Shown piece after piece: positions 48,601 to 63,715 of a stretch of DNA of 64,000 nt. Source of the DNA: the human T2T-CHM13v2.0 reference genome, Homo sapiens; assembly GCF_009914755.1 (NCBI RefSeq), contig NC_060928.1. One strand, given 5' to 3'. Position numbers and translations under genes: made by a program. Positions within the stretch are counted from its first letter, which is position 1. The number at the start of each line of letters is the position of its first letter. The notes beneath the pieces were generated by a model that saw only the letters and a program-made list of their open reading frames with translations, was not told where the DNA came from and searched no databases.

Positions 48601-49071
48601 AAATTAATGAGTCTAAAGCTATCTCAGCAAATAATGGGATTTTCTTTCCTGACCTAAAAGGTTCTGAGATTTCTCCATTAGAAGCCTGCCTCACTGAGAG
48701 GTGAGGACTTTTTAACCAATAAGCCTGGAGGTTTTAGGGCTTTAGTTTAGCATAAGGAATTCAGGAGAGAATCCCTGGGAATGTGATTCTCCCTGAAGCA
48801 AGTCACATGTTATGATACATTAGATGGGAGCTTCTGTGGTAGACCATGTCCCTCTTAACATTATAACAGGGGAAATCTTCCTTCTACCTCTTTTTTCATA
48901 CCCCTTACCTGTGTGACAGAGGGCCCTTCAGATGCTTAGCTGCCTCTCCTATTCTAGGATCTCTTTCTGTCCTTTGATTTTCATCTTTATCTCTCTTTCT
49001 CCATGTCTCTTCCTATCCTTTTGCTCCCATGAAACTATTTGTGCTATGCTCTGTATCCTTCCAGGTTGTGA

Positions 49072-49563
<492 letters not shown>

Positions 49564-52500
49564 TGACATGGCAAAACAAACTTACCGAGTGCTAAAGATC
49601 CTCCAGGAGGAAAGGGATGAAGACCTGGGGAAGGGATCTCCGTCCCATTTGAGATTCAACCTAAGTAAAACTTTCTGAAGGGCTAAGATAGCTCTGACTG
49701 AGGTCTCCCAAGAAGAGAGAGTCTGGCTCAGTGACAGGTTCAACACCAGAGCCTAGAGGTTTGTGGGGACAGCTTGTTCTAGATCCTGTGTGTAGCTGTG
49801 GTTACAAGCCCAATTATACCCAGCCACTTTGGCAAAGCTGTCATGTTTAGGGAACAGTGGCTGATTGTGTGAGTGTAAACCCAATAAGCTGTTGTCTTGG
49901 GCGTCCATATGCACAGTGCTACCCTGCTGCCTGTGCAGTGTTCCATAGCAGCAAGGCCATTCCTACAGCAAGACAAGGACTCACTGAAGCCTGATGGAAT
50001 CAGTTTTCAACAGTGACATTGTACAGAAGTTATGTTTAAAACCAGAACCTGTTAATGGACTGGTCACATGGACCACTGAAACAAGACTACTACCTTTGGA
50101 CTAAGTTAATTCTCAGGTTTCTGTACAACAGAGAGAATGAAGGTTCCTTAAGAAAGAGAAACCAAATTACCTACTATATGGAGGAATGGAGGCTTAAGCA
50201 AGCAATTGGAAAAATAAAGAGAGATCCCCAAATTTTTCATCCTAAACTGATCGAGATCCCTACAGATTATATTTAATATGCTAACTCATTGTGAATCTCT
50301 AAGAGCTGAAGGGTTTGCTAAATTTGTTTGACTACTGGACTTTTTAAAAAAAACTATATATCTCAAGAGACTGGACTCTAAGGAACACTTGTTATAATAG
50401 AAAATGCTTCTTCGGTGACAGAATTTTAGATATTAGGTCATGACAAAGGAGCAGCACATTGGGAGCAGAGGCCCTTTCCTGGCACCCACCCATATAGTTG
50501 TTTGACTGTCTCAGAGTAGACTAGTTCTGGGGTTCTGTGCTGTTAATCATGTTGCTCTAGTGACTCTAACCCAAGAAGGGCAGAGTGTGCAGTGAGACAG
50601 TGCTGAGATGGGATTCCAACTTCCTCCTTAGCTCCATCTATCATTATTAGCCTTTGAATAATGCCCACCACCTGCAATTGCTCGTTGGCTACATGAGAGT
50701 AGAGATTTCCCGTTTTATTGTTTTATGCATCCTCAGTGTCTAGAACTGTGCCAGGCACCGTTTAAGTACTCAATAACTATTTATCAAATGAATGAACTTC
50801 TGATCTAACACTGTCCTGGCAAAGACACTAAAAGCCTAACTTAGCAATTTCTTTTGTACAGTTTGTACCTTGTGGCTACAAAGATTCAGGAAGTATGAGA
50901 ACAGTGATGACTTGGAACTACTAACTAGGTTTGGTGGGCCCAGTCCTCAGCAGCAAACAGTAAATAATGTTTTATTTGTAAATCAAGTGAAACCTATCTT
51001 TTCCCAGGTTGGACCAACCCAGAATGGGGGTCAGGGTTACAACCATCTCAAACCACATCAGCTGAATCACCATCCCCCTAGTTCCACATTGCTCAATCTG
51101 AGGATAAATTGCAACATATTTAGCAACCTGTATGGTGGCATATTTTAATAAATAAATGTATTTCTATAAATCAGTATATAAATAAAAATTAAAAATATTT
51201 CCTTTCTAGTCTTTAAACTATGTATCATGAAACTGTTTACAGTGTAATGTAGCTTACAAGGCAACATTTTCATCAAATCATTCTAATAATTTCTAAATCA
51301 TTATTGATTTTTAGAAATTAATGGTATGGTCTTATGTTTGGTAAGCTCTCACTAAACTAAATGCTGCTTGTCTCTAAGCTACAGTTTTATGGAGGAAACT
51401 GTACTAAATGCTTCCAATGGCTTCTCCTTGTGTCGATGGTTATTAGGTGTGGTCCCAGGCATGTGCCTCAGCAGGAGAGTGATTGGGTGGGGTGCCCACT
51501 GTGTTTAGAATGCTAGCGTTTTTCACCTCATCTGTGTACCCAGAGTACTTTTGCTTCTGCCCCATCTACAACCCTGTCACTAGCCCAGCTTGTTCTGCTA
51601 CTCCTGCCAACCCTGGACCCCTCCTGAGCAGCAAGTAGGCACTGTGTCTGTCTCAGCTTCCACCTTGGTCTTCTTATATCATGCTGCCCTGTCCAGATGC
51701 ACCAGTCCCAAGTCCCAAAACCACTCATGCAGTGGCCACTGCATGATGTCATTTGGTGGCATGTGGTCTAACTTAAGCTACTTACCAACCATCAGGGCAG
51801 AATTTCCAGTTTCTACCTGCAGTAACATCATGCCTGTGTGTATTGGCTGAATATAAGCCATGGCCCCGTCTCTTCTGAGTAGTTCCGCAAATCTCAAGGC
51901 CATCTCTCACATTTATGTTAGAACAAGGCCATGAATGCTGTTTTCTTCTATCTCATGATCCCTACCATTTCTTCTTCTGTTTCTCACCTCAATAAAATGG
52001 CTCCCATGTTGATGCCTTGATTCCTGGAAGGAGCTACTGTTTTGCTTTGCCTCTTAACATCGCTCAGGTGATGCTGCCCTTGCTGATACTCTGTCTCTGA
52101 GCTGAAGCAGGAGAAAATCCCCTCTGTTGGCCTGAGTCGCCCATGGTCACCAGCCCAAGGCTGCCTCATGCTCTTCGTGACTTACTGCTTGCTATAATCC
52201 TGAGTCTGTGGATGATCACATCAGAAAACGCCCTCAGTTTACTGTTGCGTCCCACTGCTTCCCATCTTCTGAATTAAGACTGCACATTCTGGCTCTTTGC
52301 CTTGGGTAATCTTTTCCCCCAATAACTTGGGAGCTTTGATTCCAAGTGGCTTAGGAGAGTTGTTCTCCACACAGCTGGGCACCAGAAGCAGCCAGCTGAA
52401 TGGGACCAAGGCATGAAGACTGAAAACCTCGCAGGTGACTTGGATCTTCATCCCAGGTTGAGAATCTCTAGCTTAGGAGTCTCTTTTGAGTCCTAAAGGA

Positions 52501-55500
52501 AATACTCAATTTCCCCCATCTGTCAGGTCCCTGCCACATCTACCGACATGTGCAATGGGATTAATTCTTAAGAAATTCATATACAGCTTAGATTGTTGCT
52601 CAGAGACTCCTGCCACTCTGTGAACCACCCCTATGGACACTGATGCACAATTTCCTTTGGGTTGATCTCATAAGTTGCATTTCCAAAAAAAAAAAAGAAA
52701 GAAAATAATAAGACCTTGACATCATAAGGAAACCACTTTTAGTTGCTCCATTTCCTGGAGCCTACAGCTGGCAAAATGCCTGGGACAAGATGTATTCAAT
52801 TCAAGGCAAAGCAGAGTTGTTAGGAGAAGCAGATGGCCCACCTAAGGTGAAAAAATTACTTTCTTGTGAGGATAGGCAGGGCAGTTTATTCACCTCTTCC
52901 TCTAGGAAGGTGAGAACGTGTGGAGACAAAATAAATAAAACACATTACAAGCTCATTCCACAGATGAACAGAACAATTGGTGCTGAACAAGTCTACAGGA
53001 GGCATCTTCCAGCCTCCAGGAAAGCTGTAGGAGCTTGTCATGCATGCATTAAAGTGCCCCCAGAACTCGAAAACCATTCCATCAGAGGAGCTAATAAGAA
53101 CCAACGAGTCATTGACAACAGCAACCATCAGTAACCCTCTCTGAGAGCTGGTAATGAACAGCAACAAATATTGGGGATAGTTAAGATGAGCCAGGTAAAG
53201 GTTCAGGAAAATGACTGAATAGATTACAGGCAGCAGGAACTGTGATCCATCTGAAGAAAAAGGGGAATCATGTGAGTGGACGTGTGGCAGCTAGAAAATC
53301 TGCACATATTGAGGTAAGAGGAGGCCAGGCAGTGAGAATTTGTTGTGATTATCTAACTTTCCAGAGGAGAGAGACATGTTTCTTGGTAGCTACTCATGTT
53401 CAGATTATCTAGAAAGTACATTTCATTCAGAAGTCTTCTCCAATATCTGGATGCTGCACCCCTTAAGGTTATGCAATGCTTTTGCTCTGAATCCTTGTTC
53501 ACAAGCAACAACCTGATTATGAATTTGGTCTCCCAGGTACCTTGATAATGGGCAGAATGTGTCCAAGATTGAGGGAACAAGTTTGGAGATCCTTGGAAAG
53601 GCTTATTGTGTACCTGTTACAAATAAATAAATGTGGGTTTTGTTTGAGAGTTTGGTTAGCACGGGTCAGTTTCAACCTAATCACCCAGCAACACAGACAA
53701 AATCCTCTCTTGGGACCTGCATGGCTGAGGGTCAGACCCCGGAACACTTTGGCCACTCCTCTGTATTGCCATCCTGTGAGGCTCCACTGGAGCAGCCTGG
53801 GCCTTCCTCCCTGACATCTGTGCCTGTTTAAATTTAACACAATCAGCCCAGAAAGTCATCTCCTCACCAGTTTCTTTAAAATCAACAGAGGATAATTCCA
53901 AGTAATGTTTTCTGTAATGCATTCTGGAGTCTCATAGCCCTGAACCTTAGGAAACAAGTTGCATCTCACACTCTGTGAGCATCTACCCAAGTAGCAAACT
54001 CAGCTTCCTGCAGTGGTCCCTGCTGTCTTCTTCACCCTGATGGGGTGAGTCTTGGTGAGGCCACATGGTGACGTACAGGGGATCCTTAAGCAAGGAGTTG
54101 GAAAGGAAAGGTTACGCTGCCAAGCACAGCTCCAACCCAGAGCCCTCATGCCCTCTTGATCATGTCGTTTGAATGGGGGATGGCTTAGGTTAAATGAAGA
54201 AAGGGGTGGGTGTTCTCATCTGCAAGAGCAGAACTAGAAGGGTGCTTCTTGTCAGCTGTGTTCACAGCAGCTGTGGCTGGGTGCACAGCTTTCCCCATTT
54301 TTCCACTGTTGAAAAGAGTGTGTGCTTCTGTGGCTGGTGCTGGCATTCTCATCCCTGACTCTTGTAAAGGTGCAACATCATCACTTCAAGCACTCTCTCT
54401 TAGTTTTCTCCTCCCTAGGGTGTGAATAGTTGACATCGTGCACTCCTTGGTGGGCACTGCGTGCTTGCTTGCTATAGGACACTTGTTCACTGGTATTTTG
54501 GTAACCAGTAGTTTTTGCCTGTCTCCAGAATAAGAGGGAAGCAGCAGTGACCCAACTCTGGAAATTATCTACCAGGCTCACATCCCATATATTGCCCTAT
54601 ATCCCTTGAAAACAGCAAATTTATATGCACAATAAAAGCGTTAATATTGCATGTTAATTTCTTCTTCCCCCAAATTGGAGAGTTGGCAGAAGGACTAATA
54701 AAGATGACTAGTGTGAATAGTCTCTCAAAATAGTCATTTCATAAATTAAATAGGAGATGCATTCACTGCAGCTGAGATTTATGAAAGTTCTGTGAGGTGG
54801 CAAAACAGGGTTTGCAATTCAGGATTTTATTGCCCTTAGGGGCTGTGGCTAATCTGTTGTGAAGTGAGGTTTCAGTTGGGTAAAGATTGAGTAACTAGAA
54901 CAGAGATGCATTGTGTAACCCCCGTTTCCTTTTTATTTCTTGCGGACCAGTGAATATCCTAAGTCCCAAACTGTACGCCAGCTTAGTAGATTTAATTTTT
55001 GAGTGTTTTGTATCATGACAGCTCAGCATTTCTTGCAAAAAGTGGCCCCAGATAACCATGGCCATTATATCAGTCTCTGTGCTGATGCTGAATTTGTCTG
55101 ACAGACTCACACAGGGGCCTCCAAATAGCCTTTTCTTTAAAGGGAAAGAGAACTGGCATTTACCAATTACTTAGTCTGTCTCCAAACGACCTTTATTTCT
55201 CATGGCAAATCTGTGACATTGGTATTACAGGTATTTCACCTTTGTTCTGGATAGGATTGAGGCTCAGAGAAACCAAATAGCGTGCCCAAGTTACTTAATT
55301 AAGAACCTTAGAAGCCTAAAACAAACATGATCTCTTCTGGTCAGTTTTATACAGGAGAAGTGAGGTTTCAGGATTTAAACCAGGCCTATCTGCCTCCAAA
55401 TCCATTGCTCCTTCCACTGTGCTGTGTGGCTGCATGAACACACCAAGAGCTGGAGAAATGACATAGGGTCTTAAAGCACCACCAATAAAATCATGCGAAA

Positions 55501-56041
55501 GAAAACATATTTTGAAAAAAAGGCTGATTGTCATATTGAAGCGCCCCACTGGCAAGTCTCTAGGAGGCCCTGGTAAGACCAGCATGTGCGCCTCGGGGTG
55601 TTTTGAGTACCTGGGAGGGCAGGGGCCGTGCAGTCTCCTCTCCCGCAGTGTAGATGAGCCAGGGAGGGACAGCAGCAATACTGCCGCCCCAAAGTCATCT
55701 GCCCACTTCCAGTCAGAGGCCCTAACGTTTTCCTAGTTATCTGAGTGTCATCTCTTACGATGACTTATCCTGCTCAAAGCCTCTTTATTTAAACATTTGC
55801 CAAGTGGGAGGGATTCTGTCCCGACAACGGCCTCCTCATTTCCATGCTCACTCCCAACGCACGGCTCAGACGCCTGTGCGCAGATCCTGTCTGCCATAAG
55901 AACCTCCCAAACGATGCTCCCCGCTGCCAGCCACTCCTTGTGCCCATCTTGTGGCTGCTAGATATATCGTCCTACAGCACAGCTCCGATGATCTCATACC
56001 TCTGCTCAAAAGGAAGGAAGTTTCCAAATTTCAAACTCCAG

Positions 56042-56205
56042 TGCCAGGCGCGGTGGCGCGCCTGTGGTCCGGGTGACTGAGGAGACTGAGGTGGGAGGAT
56101 CGCTTAAGCCCAGGAGTTGCAGGCTGCAGGGAGCTATGATTGCATCACTGCACTCCAGCCTGGGCAACAGAGTGGGACCCCGTCTCTTAAAAATAATAAA
56201 AATAA
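56042..56205 (+). mobile_element. Alu monomer (FAM/FRAM-like)
   Basis: GCCAGGCGCGGTGGCGCGCCTGTGGTCC...GAGCTATGATTGCATCACTGCACTCCAGCCTGGGCAACAGAG. Confidence 0.85.
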
Positions 56206-56452
56206 ATTATTTTAATTGTAAAAGTTTGAAACCAAATTTCAAAGTCAAACCTAGAAAGCGTCTGGGGCTATCCCCCGGCTCCTGGGGCCCTCTCCCTTCG
56301 TGTGACGGCCTCTAGGACTAGCGTGCTTGGTTTGTTTTTGGAAGCCATTTCCTCAGAGTGATGGTTTCTGAGGAACCATCAGCTGCAAGAGTTCTGCTTT
56401 ATAAGAATATACACATAAGAAGAAAATAGAAATAGCCTAGAACTCTCCGGAT

Positions 56453-56477
56453 TTCATCACATCATCACACACACACC

Positions 56478-56531
<54 letters not shown>

Positions 56532-56740
56532 CACATCATCACACACACCACACACACACCCCACACACAATCACATCTTCACACACACCCCACACACAAT
56601 CACATCTTCACACACACCCCACACACAATCACATCTTCACACACAACACAAACACAATCACATCATCACACACAACACACACACACACAGACACACACAG
56701 ACAGAGAGACACACACAGACAGACAGACACACACACACAG
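56453..56740. repeat. CA-rich compound micro/minisatellite including 3 copies of a 29-bp unit
   Basis: (CA)n runs; TCACATCTTC recurs at 56571, 56600 and 56629. Confidence 0.92.
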
Positions 56741-56771
56741 AGCCTTTGTCTTTTTACATTTAGTTGTTATT

Positions 56772-56788
56772 TAGCGCCACCTGGTGTT
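56772..56788 (-). promoter_or_regulatory. Candidate CTCF site
   Basis: - strand AACACCAGGTGGCGCTA, close to the CTCF core CCACCAGGTGGCGC. Confidence 0.65.
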
Positions 56789-57134
56789 AAAACTAAACAG
56801 CACCTCTGGAGAAAAAACAAGCATCTACAGGCATGTTTTACCCCAAATTGAGGATCTTTAGCACTGGAAGGAACCTTAGAGATCATTTAGACAGATGCCT
56901 CATTTTATAGATTAGGAATGTATGCAGATTTAGAAACAGAATTGAATCCATAGTTCTTGAATTCTAGACTCCTCAATTTTCCAGCATGCCCCAGTTGCCC
57001 CCTAAGCCTCCAAAGGAATTGGGCTAGAGGGATGCCACCTTTGGAAAAAGACAAAAAAAGAATACTAGCATTTACTGATCCTTTATTATAAGCCAGTTAT
57101 TGTGCTAAATGCATTTACAGACATGACCTCATGA

Positions 57135-57395
<261 letters not shown>

Positions 57396-57699
57396 TGAAC
57401 AAAGTAAAATTCAGAGACCTGCAACACACCTTGGACCTGCAAGTAATTTTATGTCTGTGTTTCTATAAGGACCTGTTCATTCCAGTTGTCTCAGTGGTCA
57501 GTGTGGATTGCCACATGAATAATTTGGTGGTGGCTTAAAAAACAAATATTTACTTCTTGCTCATGTTTCATGATAAATGCAGGTTGACAGTGGGTCAGCT
57601 ATAACTCTGATGGGCTCAGCTTGGCTGGATGAATAATTTGGTGGTGGCAATTGGCATAGATCCCAAAAAATAAAAGATAATGAGGAGCTCAGTAAGGTC

Positions 57700-58130
57700 A
57701 TATTGTATTATTTGTTCACAATTACTCATTCCTTCCTTGCCTTTTCCATACTTCTGTGCAGGCAGAATACATTGCCCTCCCTGCATTGACCTTGGACTTG
57801 GCCACTTTCTTTTGGTTAATAAAATGTGTGTGAACTTGATATTTGCTGCCAGAGCAGAAGCTTTCAGTGGTGTGGTTTGGTGAGACCTGCTTCAGCCTTG
57901 ACCTCCCCCGTGAGAACAGCACACCTTAGAGAGTTGCTCTTCCTTCAGTCCTGGCTCCTGGAAGGAGACGATAATTGTGGCTGAGCCAAATCCAGCACAG
58001 CTGAGCCCATCAGAGTCACAGCTGACCCACAGTCAACCTGCAGCCCTCATGAAACATAAGCAAGAAATAAATAGTTTTTAAAACCATTGAGAATTTGGTG
58101 TTGTTTGTTGCTGCACCAAAAGCTGACCAG
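57700..58130. mobile_element. MaLR LTR (MLT1-like)
   Basis: GCATTGACCTTGGACTTGGCCA...CATGAAACATAAGCAAGAAATAAAT...AAACCATTGAGAATTTGG...AAAAGCTGACCAGTAC. Confidence 0.6.
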
Positions 58131-58212
58131 TACGGAGTTTGAACACGAGTCTGGTTGACTCCAAAACCATTTTAGAAACTCTCTGTGAAAATGGACACTA
58201 CTTCCAGGATGA

Positions 58213-58598
58213 TGTCTAATATGGTTTGGGTCTGTATACCCACCCAAATCTCATGTCAAATTGTAATTCTCAGTGTTGCAGGAGGGGCCAGGTGGGAAGT
58301 GATTGGATCACCGGTGGGGCGGACTTCCCCTTTGCTGTTCTCATGATAGTGAGTTCTCATGAGATCTGTTTGTTTAAAAGTGTGTAACACTTCCCCCTTC
58401 ACTCTCTTTCTTCTTCTCTGGCCATATAAGACATGCCTGCTTCCCCTTCACCTTCTGCCATGGTTGTAAGTTTCCTGAAGCCTCCCAGTCATGCTTCCTG
58501 TATAGCCTGCAGAACTGTGACTCAATCAAACCTCTTTTCTTAATAAATTTCCCAGTCCTAGGTAGTTCCTTGTAGCGATTTGAGAACATACTAATACA
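58213..58598. mobile_element. MaLR solo LTR (MST/THE1-like)
   Basis: ATATGGTTTGG...CCCACCCAAATCTCATG...GCCTCCCAGTCATGC...ACTAATACA. Confidence 0.88.
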
Positions 58599-58756
58599 AT
58601 GTCTAATTTAACTAATTTGAGAACCTACTAGTGTTAGTAGTGGCTGAGGCTCTCACCTCCTTCAAGGCTTTGCTGAATTCCACTCTATCACTGACACTTA
58701 TCCTGAGCACCTAATTTAATTCTGCAGTGTACTTCTCCAGCTCTACCTCTTCCATC

Positions 58757-59785
<1,029 letters not shown>

Positions 59786-62700
59786 CTTTTCTGTACTTTT
59801 GATTCCCTTTACCTTGATCTACTTTTTTCTCTTTTTGAAAACACCTATTGCCTTCTAAAATACTCTACAATGAACTTACTTATAATGTTTATAGTTTGAA
59901 TGTCTCCCTTGCTGAATTTAAGAGGGAAAGGGTCTTGTGTGTTTTGTTTACTGCAATCTTTTAAACAATGCTTGGCACATAGTAGGTGCTGAGAAATATA
60001 TTTTTAATAAATGAAAACACTTCTGAAAGAATGGTAGCTGTTGTATTTTGGTAACATGACCAGTAGAGGTCATAGATGAGTTCTTTAATTATCTTGGAGC
60101 TACAACTATTGTGTCTGTTTATACAAGGATCTATTCATTCTAGATGTCTTGGTGATCAGTGTGGATTACCGCACAAACAATTTGGCGGTAGTGATTAGCG
60201 TCGATCATGAAAACTGCACATTAATGATGCCTCAGATTGGCTTCCCCTTCATATATGACCTAGTCTTGGGAGCCAAGCTGAAAAAAAAAAAAAGAAAAGC
60301 AAATAGAAAACAGGATGCAAGTTAGGGCAGAAAGTGTTGGCTTCAAGGCTATGTCTGTCTCTATAAATTGCTTGTAAATGAAAGTTAAATTTAAATAACC
60401 AGAGAAGATAGTAGAATGCTTATTGTCAATTGCAAGCTATTTGTTTAGATTAATAATACCTCCTCCCCAAAGTCTGTGTGAGTGTGTGAGGTGGGGCAGG
60501 GGAGGAGTATATACTGATAAAGCCTGTTAATACCAGGACACTTGACTGGCTTTTTCCTCTTCCCTTTTACCACAAAAAACAGCAGACCACAAATCATAAG
60601 CCATGATTCTGCCTGAGTGTGGTTTATTCTCTCTGGCTTGATAGCTCGTGCCTAAATATCACGGTATGTAACCACAGATATGGAGGTATAAAGGAATGAT
60701 GACTTTGGATCAGAAGTGAATACTTTTCTTTTGATTGCATATGGATTTTGATAGATTGATTAGTTCAAGGATAAACATTTGAGAAGGAAGAAAATGTACT
60801 TTATTGATTGCCCCCCACACATCAGGCACTGTGATAGCTACTCTTCCATGTTATCTCACTCCTTGAAGTGAACAATGTCAAAGATAGCATCTAGAACTTA
60901 GTAGAAGCTCAATAAATTGTCGAATGAGTCAGTGAACAGTAAATGACTCTTAGGAAAAAGCATCTGTTTCTCTGTTTTGGTTTAGTTTGTTTGGGGGGGT
61001 GTTGATTTGTTGCATTTTTTTATGTTTATGTTCAGTGTTTTATATTCATTACAGGCATCCATCTCCTGGGTCTGAAAAGTAAATAGAATGTGGTCCCTGT
61101 CACAAGACACTGAAAGGTGGGCCTGGATGGAGAGCTAGGACGAGGGGATGTTAATTCTGGTCCTGCTCTGAAAATTAGCCATTCCCTTTGATTATATATG
61201 ATAAATCATTACATAATTCCTACCTTTTCTACTTCACAACATGTCATGAGATAAATGTAAGATGCCATATTTGAAAGGATAAATGCAGGGGTAGATTCTC
61301 TTACGGGATGATGTAGAAAGAGAATATGCCAGCTTTTCAAAAATATCTTTAGTATGGGGCAGGTAGGGTGGGAGGATGGGGAAGATCACTGTTGGAAGAC
61401 TTTCCTCTAAAAGATTATGGAAGTTCATTCTCACACTAACAGAAGTAAAATAGGATTTCTTTCTTCCTCTCCTTTTTGTTTTCTTCCTCGATAGCACTTA
61501 GAGCTTTAGTTGGCTGTCAGACACATAATATATAAATTGCAAGCATGATCATCACACAGAATGTAAAGATGCCAAGTGTGCATGAACAAATTAGAGGTTT
61601 CTTAGTCAAATCCAAGCAAATATGTACCTGATAATGGCTTTGGCTGAAACATATTTTTATATTTTATAGCATGTTCACATTTGCCAGTGGTTAGCAAAGA
61701 TTAAGCTTGCCAAACTTTAATGTGGTACAAATGCCATGTTCAAGGCAAAGTAAGTGGACTGTTACAGGATCTGGCAAATCAAAAACATTATCAACAGCTG
61801 TGGTTTCCAAAGGTTTTGTGAGACTGGAATAATAAAGTTGTGTGCATTTTAAGTGGTTATTAATTTTCCCATTGTTTTTAAAAATATAACTTATGATCAT
61901 GAGTAGCTTCACATGGTGTTATAGTTATAATCAACTTTTGATTAGATGTGATAATGGCCAGAAGGCAAAAATTAATTAGGTCCCTAATTATTTAATTAAG
62001 GATTTATAGAGTGACTTCTATATTCAGGTTCATGTATTTGTTACTAATTGTAGCCACTCACTTCACATCCCTTCCCATCCTTACTTTTGCCAGAATTGTA
62101 ATAAGTGTTCATTTGAATTTCACCTATTTCCATTGATCATTACTAGCGGACACATCTTTAGATGTGAAAAAGTCAAAAGGAAGGATAATGAAGAAAAACA
62201 GTGATTCTAAATTGTTAAACAAGAGACCTTTGTATAGTGGAATTTAGTATTATGATTCTATCTGATGTTAAAAACCATTTGAAAAGGGACAGGAGATTAA
62301 CATTTTGTCTAATCTAGCAACTTGAATTGAAAAAGTTTTATCATGACTATGACCATATATGATACCAATCATTATCAGTATCTTGGCTTTTCATTTTATA
62401 TTTTAATTGCTATAATTATAACGCTGGACAATTAAAAATTACCTTTTCAATAAAGCTGGAAACAAAAGGAAAAAATTGTCTATCAGAGATGATCTAAATT
62501 CACATTTTCTCTGTAGAGTCTTGGAATTTACTGTTTTATAAAAAGCAGTCTCCAAGGATTATGTTTTCTCTTTGGATGGGTGTTGGTTTCAGCTAACCTC
62601 AAGGAGACTTCGGTGATTCACGATTCACCTGGTTTTCTCCATAAAATAATTGGGAAGAAACTGCTATGAACCTCATGACATTAAATTGGTTAAGAAAAAA

Positions 62701-63305
62701 ATCTTAACTATTAATATACTAAGTGTACATTTTCTTAAAAAAGTGACTTTGTTAGTTTCAAATATTTTTAATAACACACTTAATGCTTATAGAGTTGATT
62801 TATCACCAATAGTGTTGCTTAGTAAATGTCTTTTGAAGATGTTTTTAATGCAAAGATAAGGATTCATCTAAGATACACAAATCTAAGTTCATACATGGAC
62901 TAACTCTTCAAGTCATTATTGTTTTTCTAGAGGCCAAAAAACTTAGTTGGACCTGTAGATATTTTTATTGAAATGAAACAGTGTTACCAAGAAAAATTGC
63001 TTTACCATTTCAGTACTTTATCCAGTCTTCCCTAATCAGTTTAGCACATTCACTTGCATGGTTGATAAAGACAGCGTTTGCTAAAAAAGTTAAAATGAAG
63101 GTAATCTGGAGAAATTATTCTAAATTTGAAATTTATTTTAAACTATTAATAATAAAAAAACCTTTTATTTGTATCCTTATTGTGAATACAATACTTTCAT
63201 ATACTATAATTCTCTTTTTTTGGTCTTTTATCTCTTTTTTTTAAATTTTTTTTTTATTTTTTCCTTATAGCATTTTGTTGTGACTGTAATACCTCTGATG
63301 GAACC

Positions 63306-63715
63306 TGTCTTAGTCCATTTTCTGGTGCTACAACAGAGTATTACAGACTGGGTAGTTTATAAAGAAAAGATGTTTATTTGGCTTATGGTTCTGGAGTCAG
63401 GGAAGTCCAAAGGCATAGTACTAGTGTCTGCTCAGCCATTGATGAGGGCCTCCTTGTTGTGTCATCCCATGGCAGAAAGCAGAAAGGCAAGTGACAAATG
63501 CAAGAGAAAGAGAAAGAATAGAAAATAACTTACCCTTTCATCAGGAGCACACTCCCATTATAACTAACCCACTCCCCCAACAACAGCATAAATTTATTCA
63601 TGAAGGCAGAGCCTTCAGGACCTAATTGTCTCTTAAAGGTCCCACTTGTCAATACTCTTATAATGGCAATTAAATTTCAACATGATTTTGGAGGGGACAG
63701 TCAAACCATATCAGA
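63306..63715. mobile_element. MaLR solo LTR (MLT1A/MST-like)
   Basis: TGTCTTAGTCCATTTTCTGGTGCTACAACAGAG...GGGAAGTCCAAAGGCAT...CAAACCATATCA. Confidence 0.85.

Noticed and set aside
51500-54500. Specific parent assignments for the unidentified segment (pecanex, TMC, PPP4R1, ERVL pol)
   Set aside because: Only scattered few-residue resemblances with no colinear match, so no identity is claimed
56550-56680. Regularly spaced TCACATC(T/A)TCACACACA repeats as a CRISPR-like array
   Set aside because: The intervening sequence is the same CA-rich low-complexity text, not unique spacers; eukaryotic minisatellite with no cas genes
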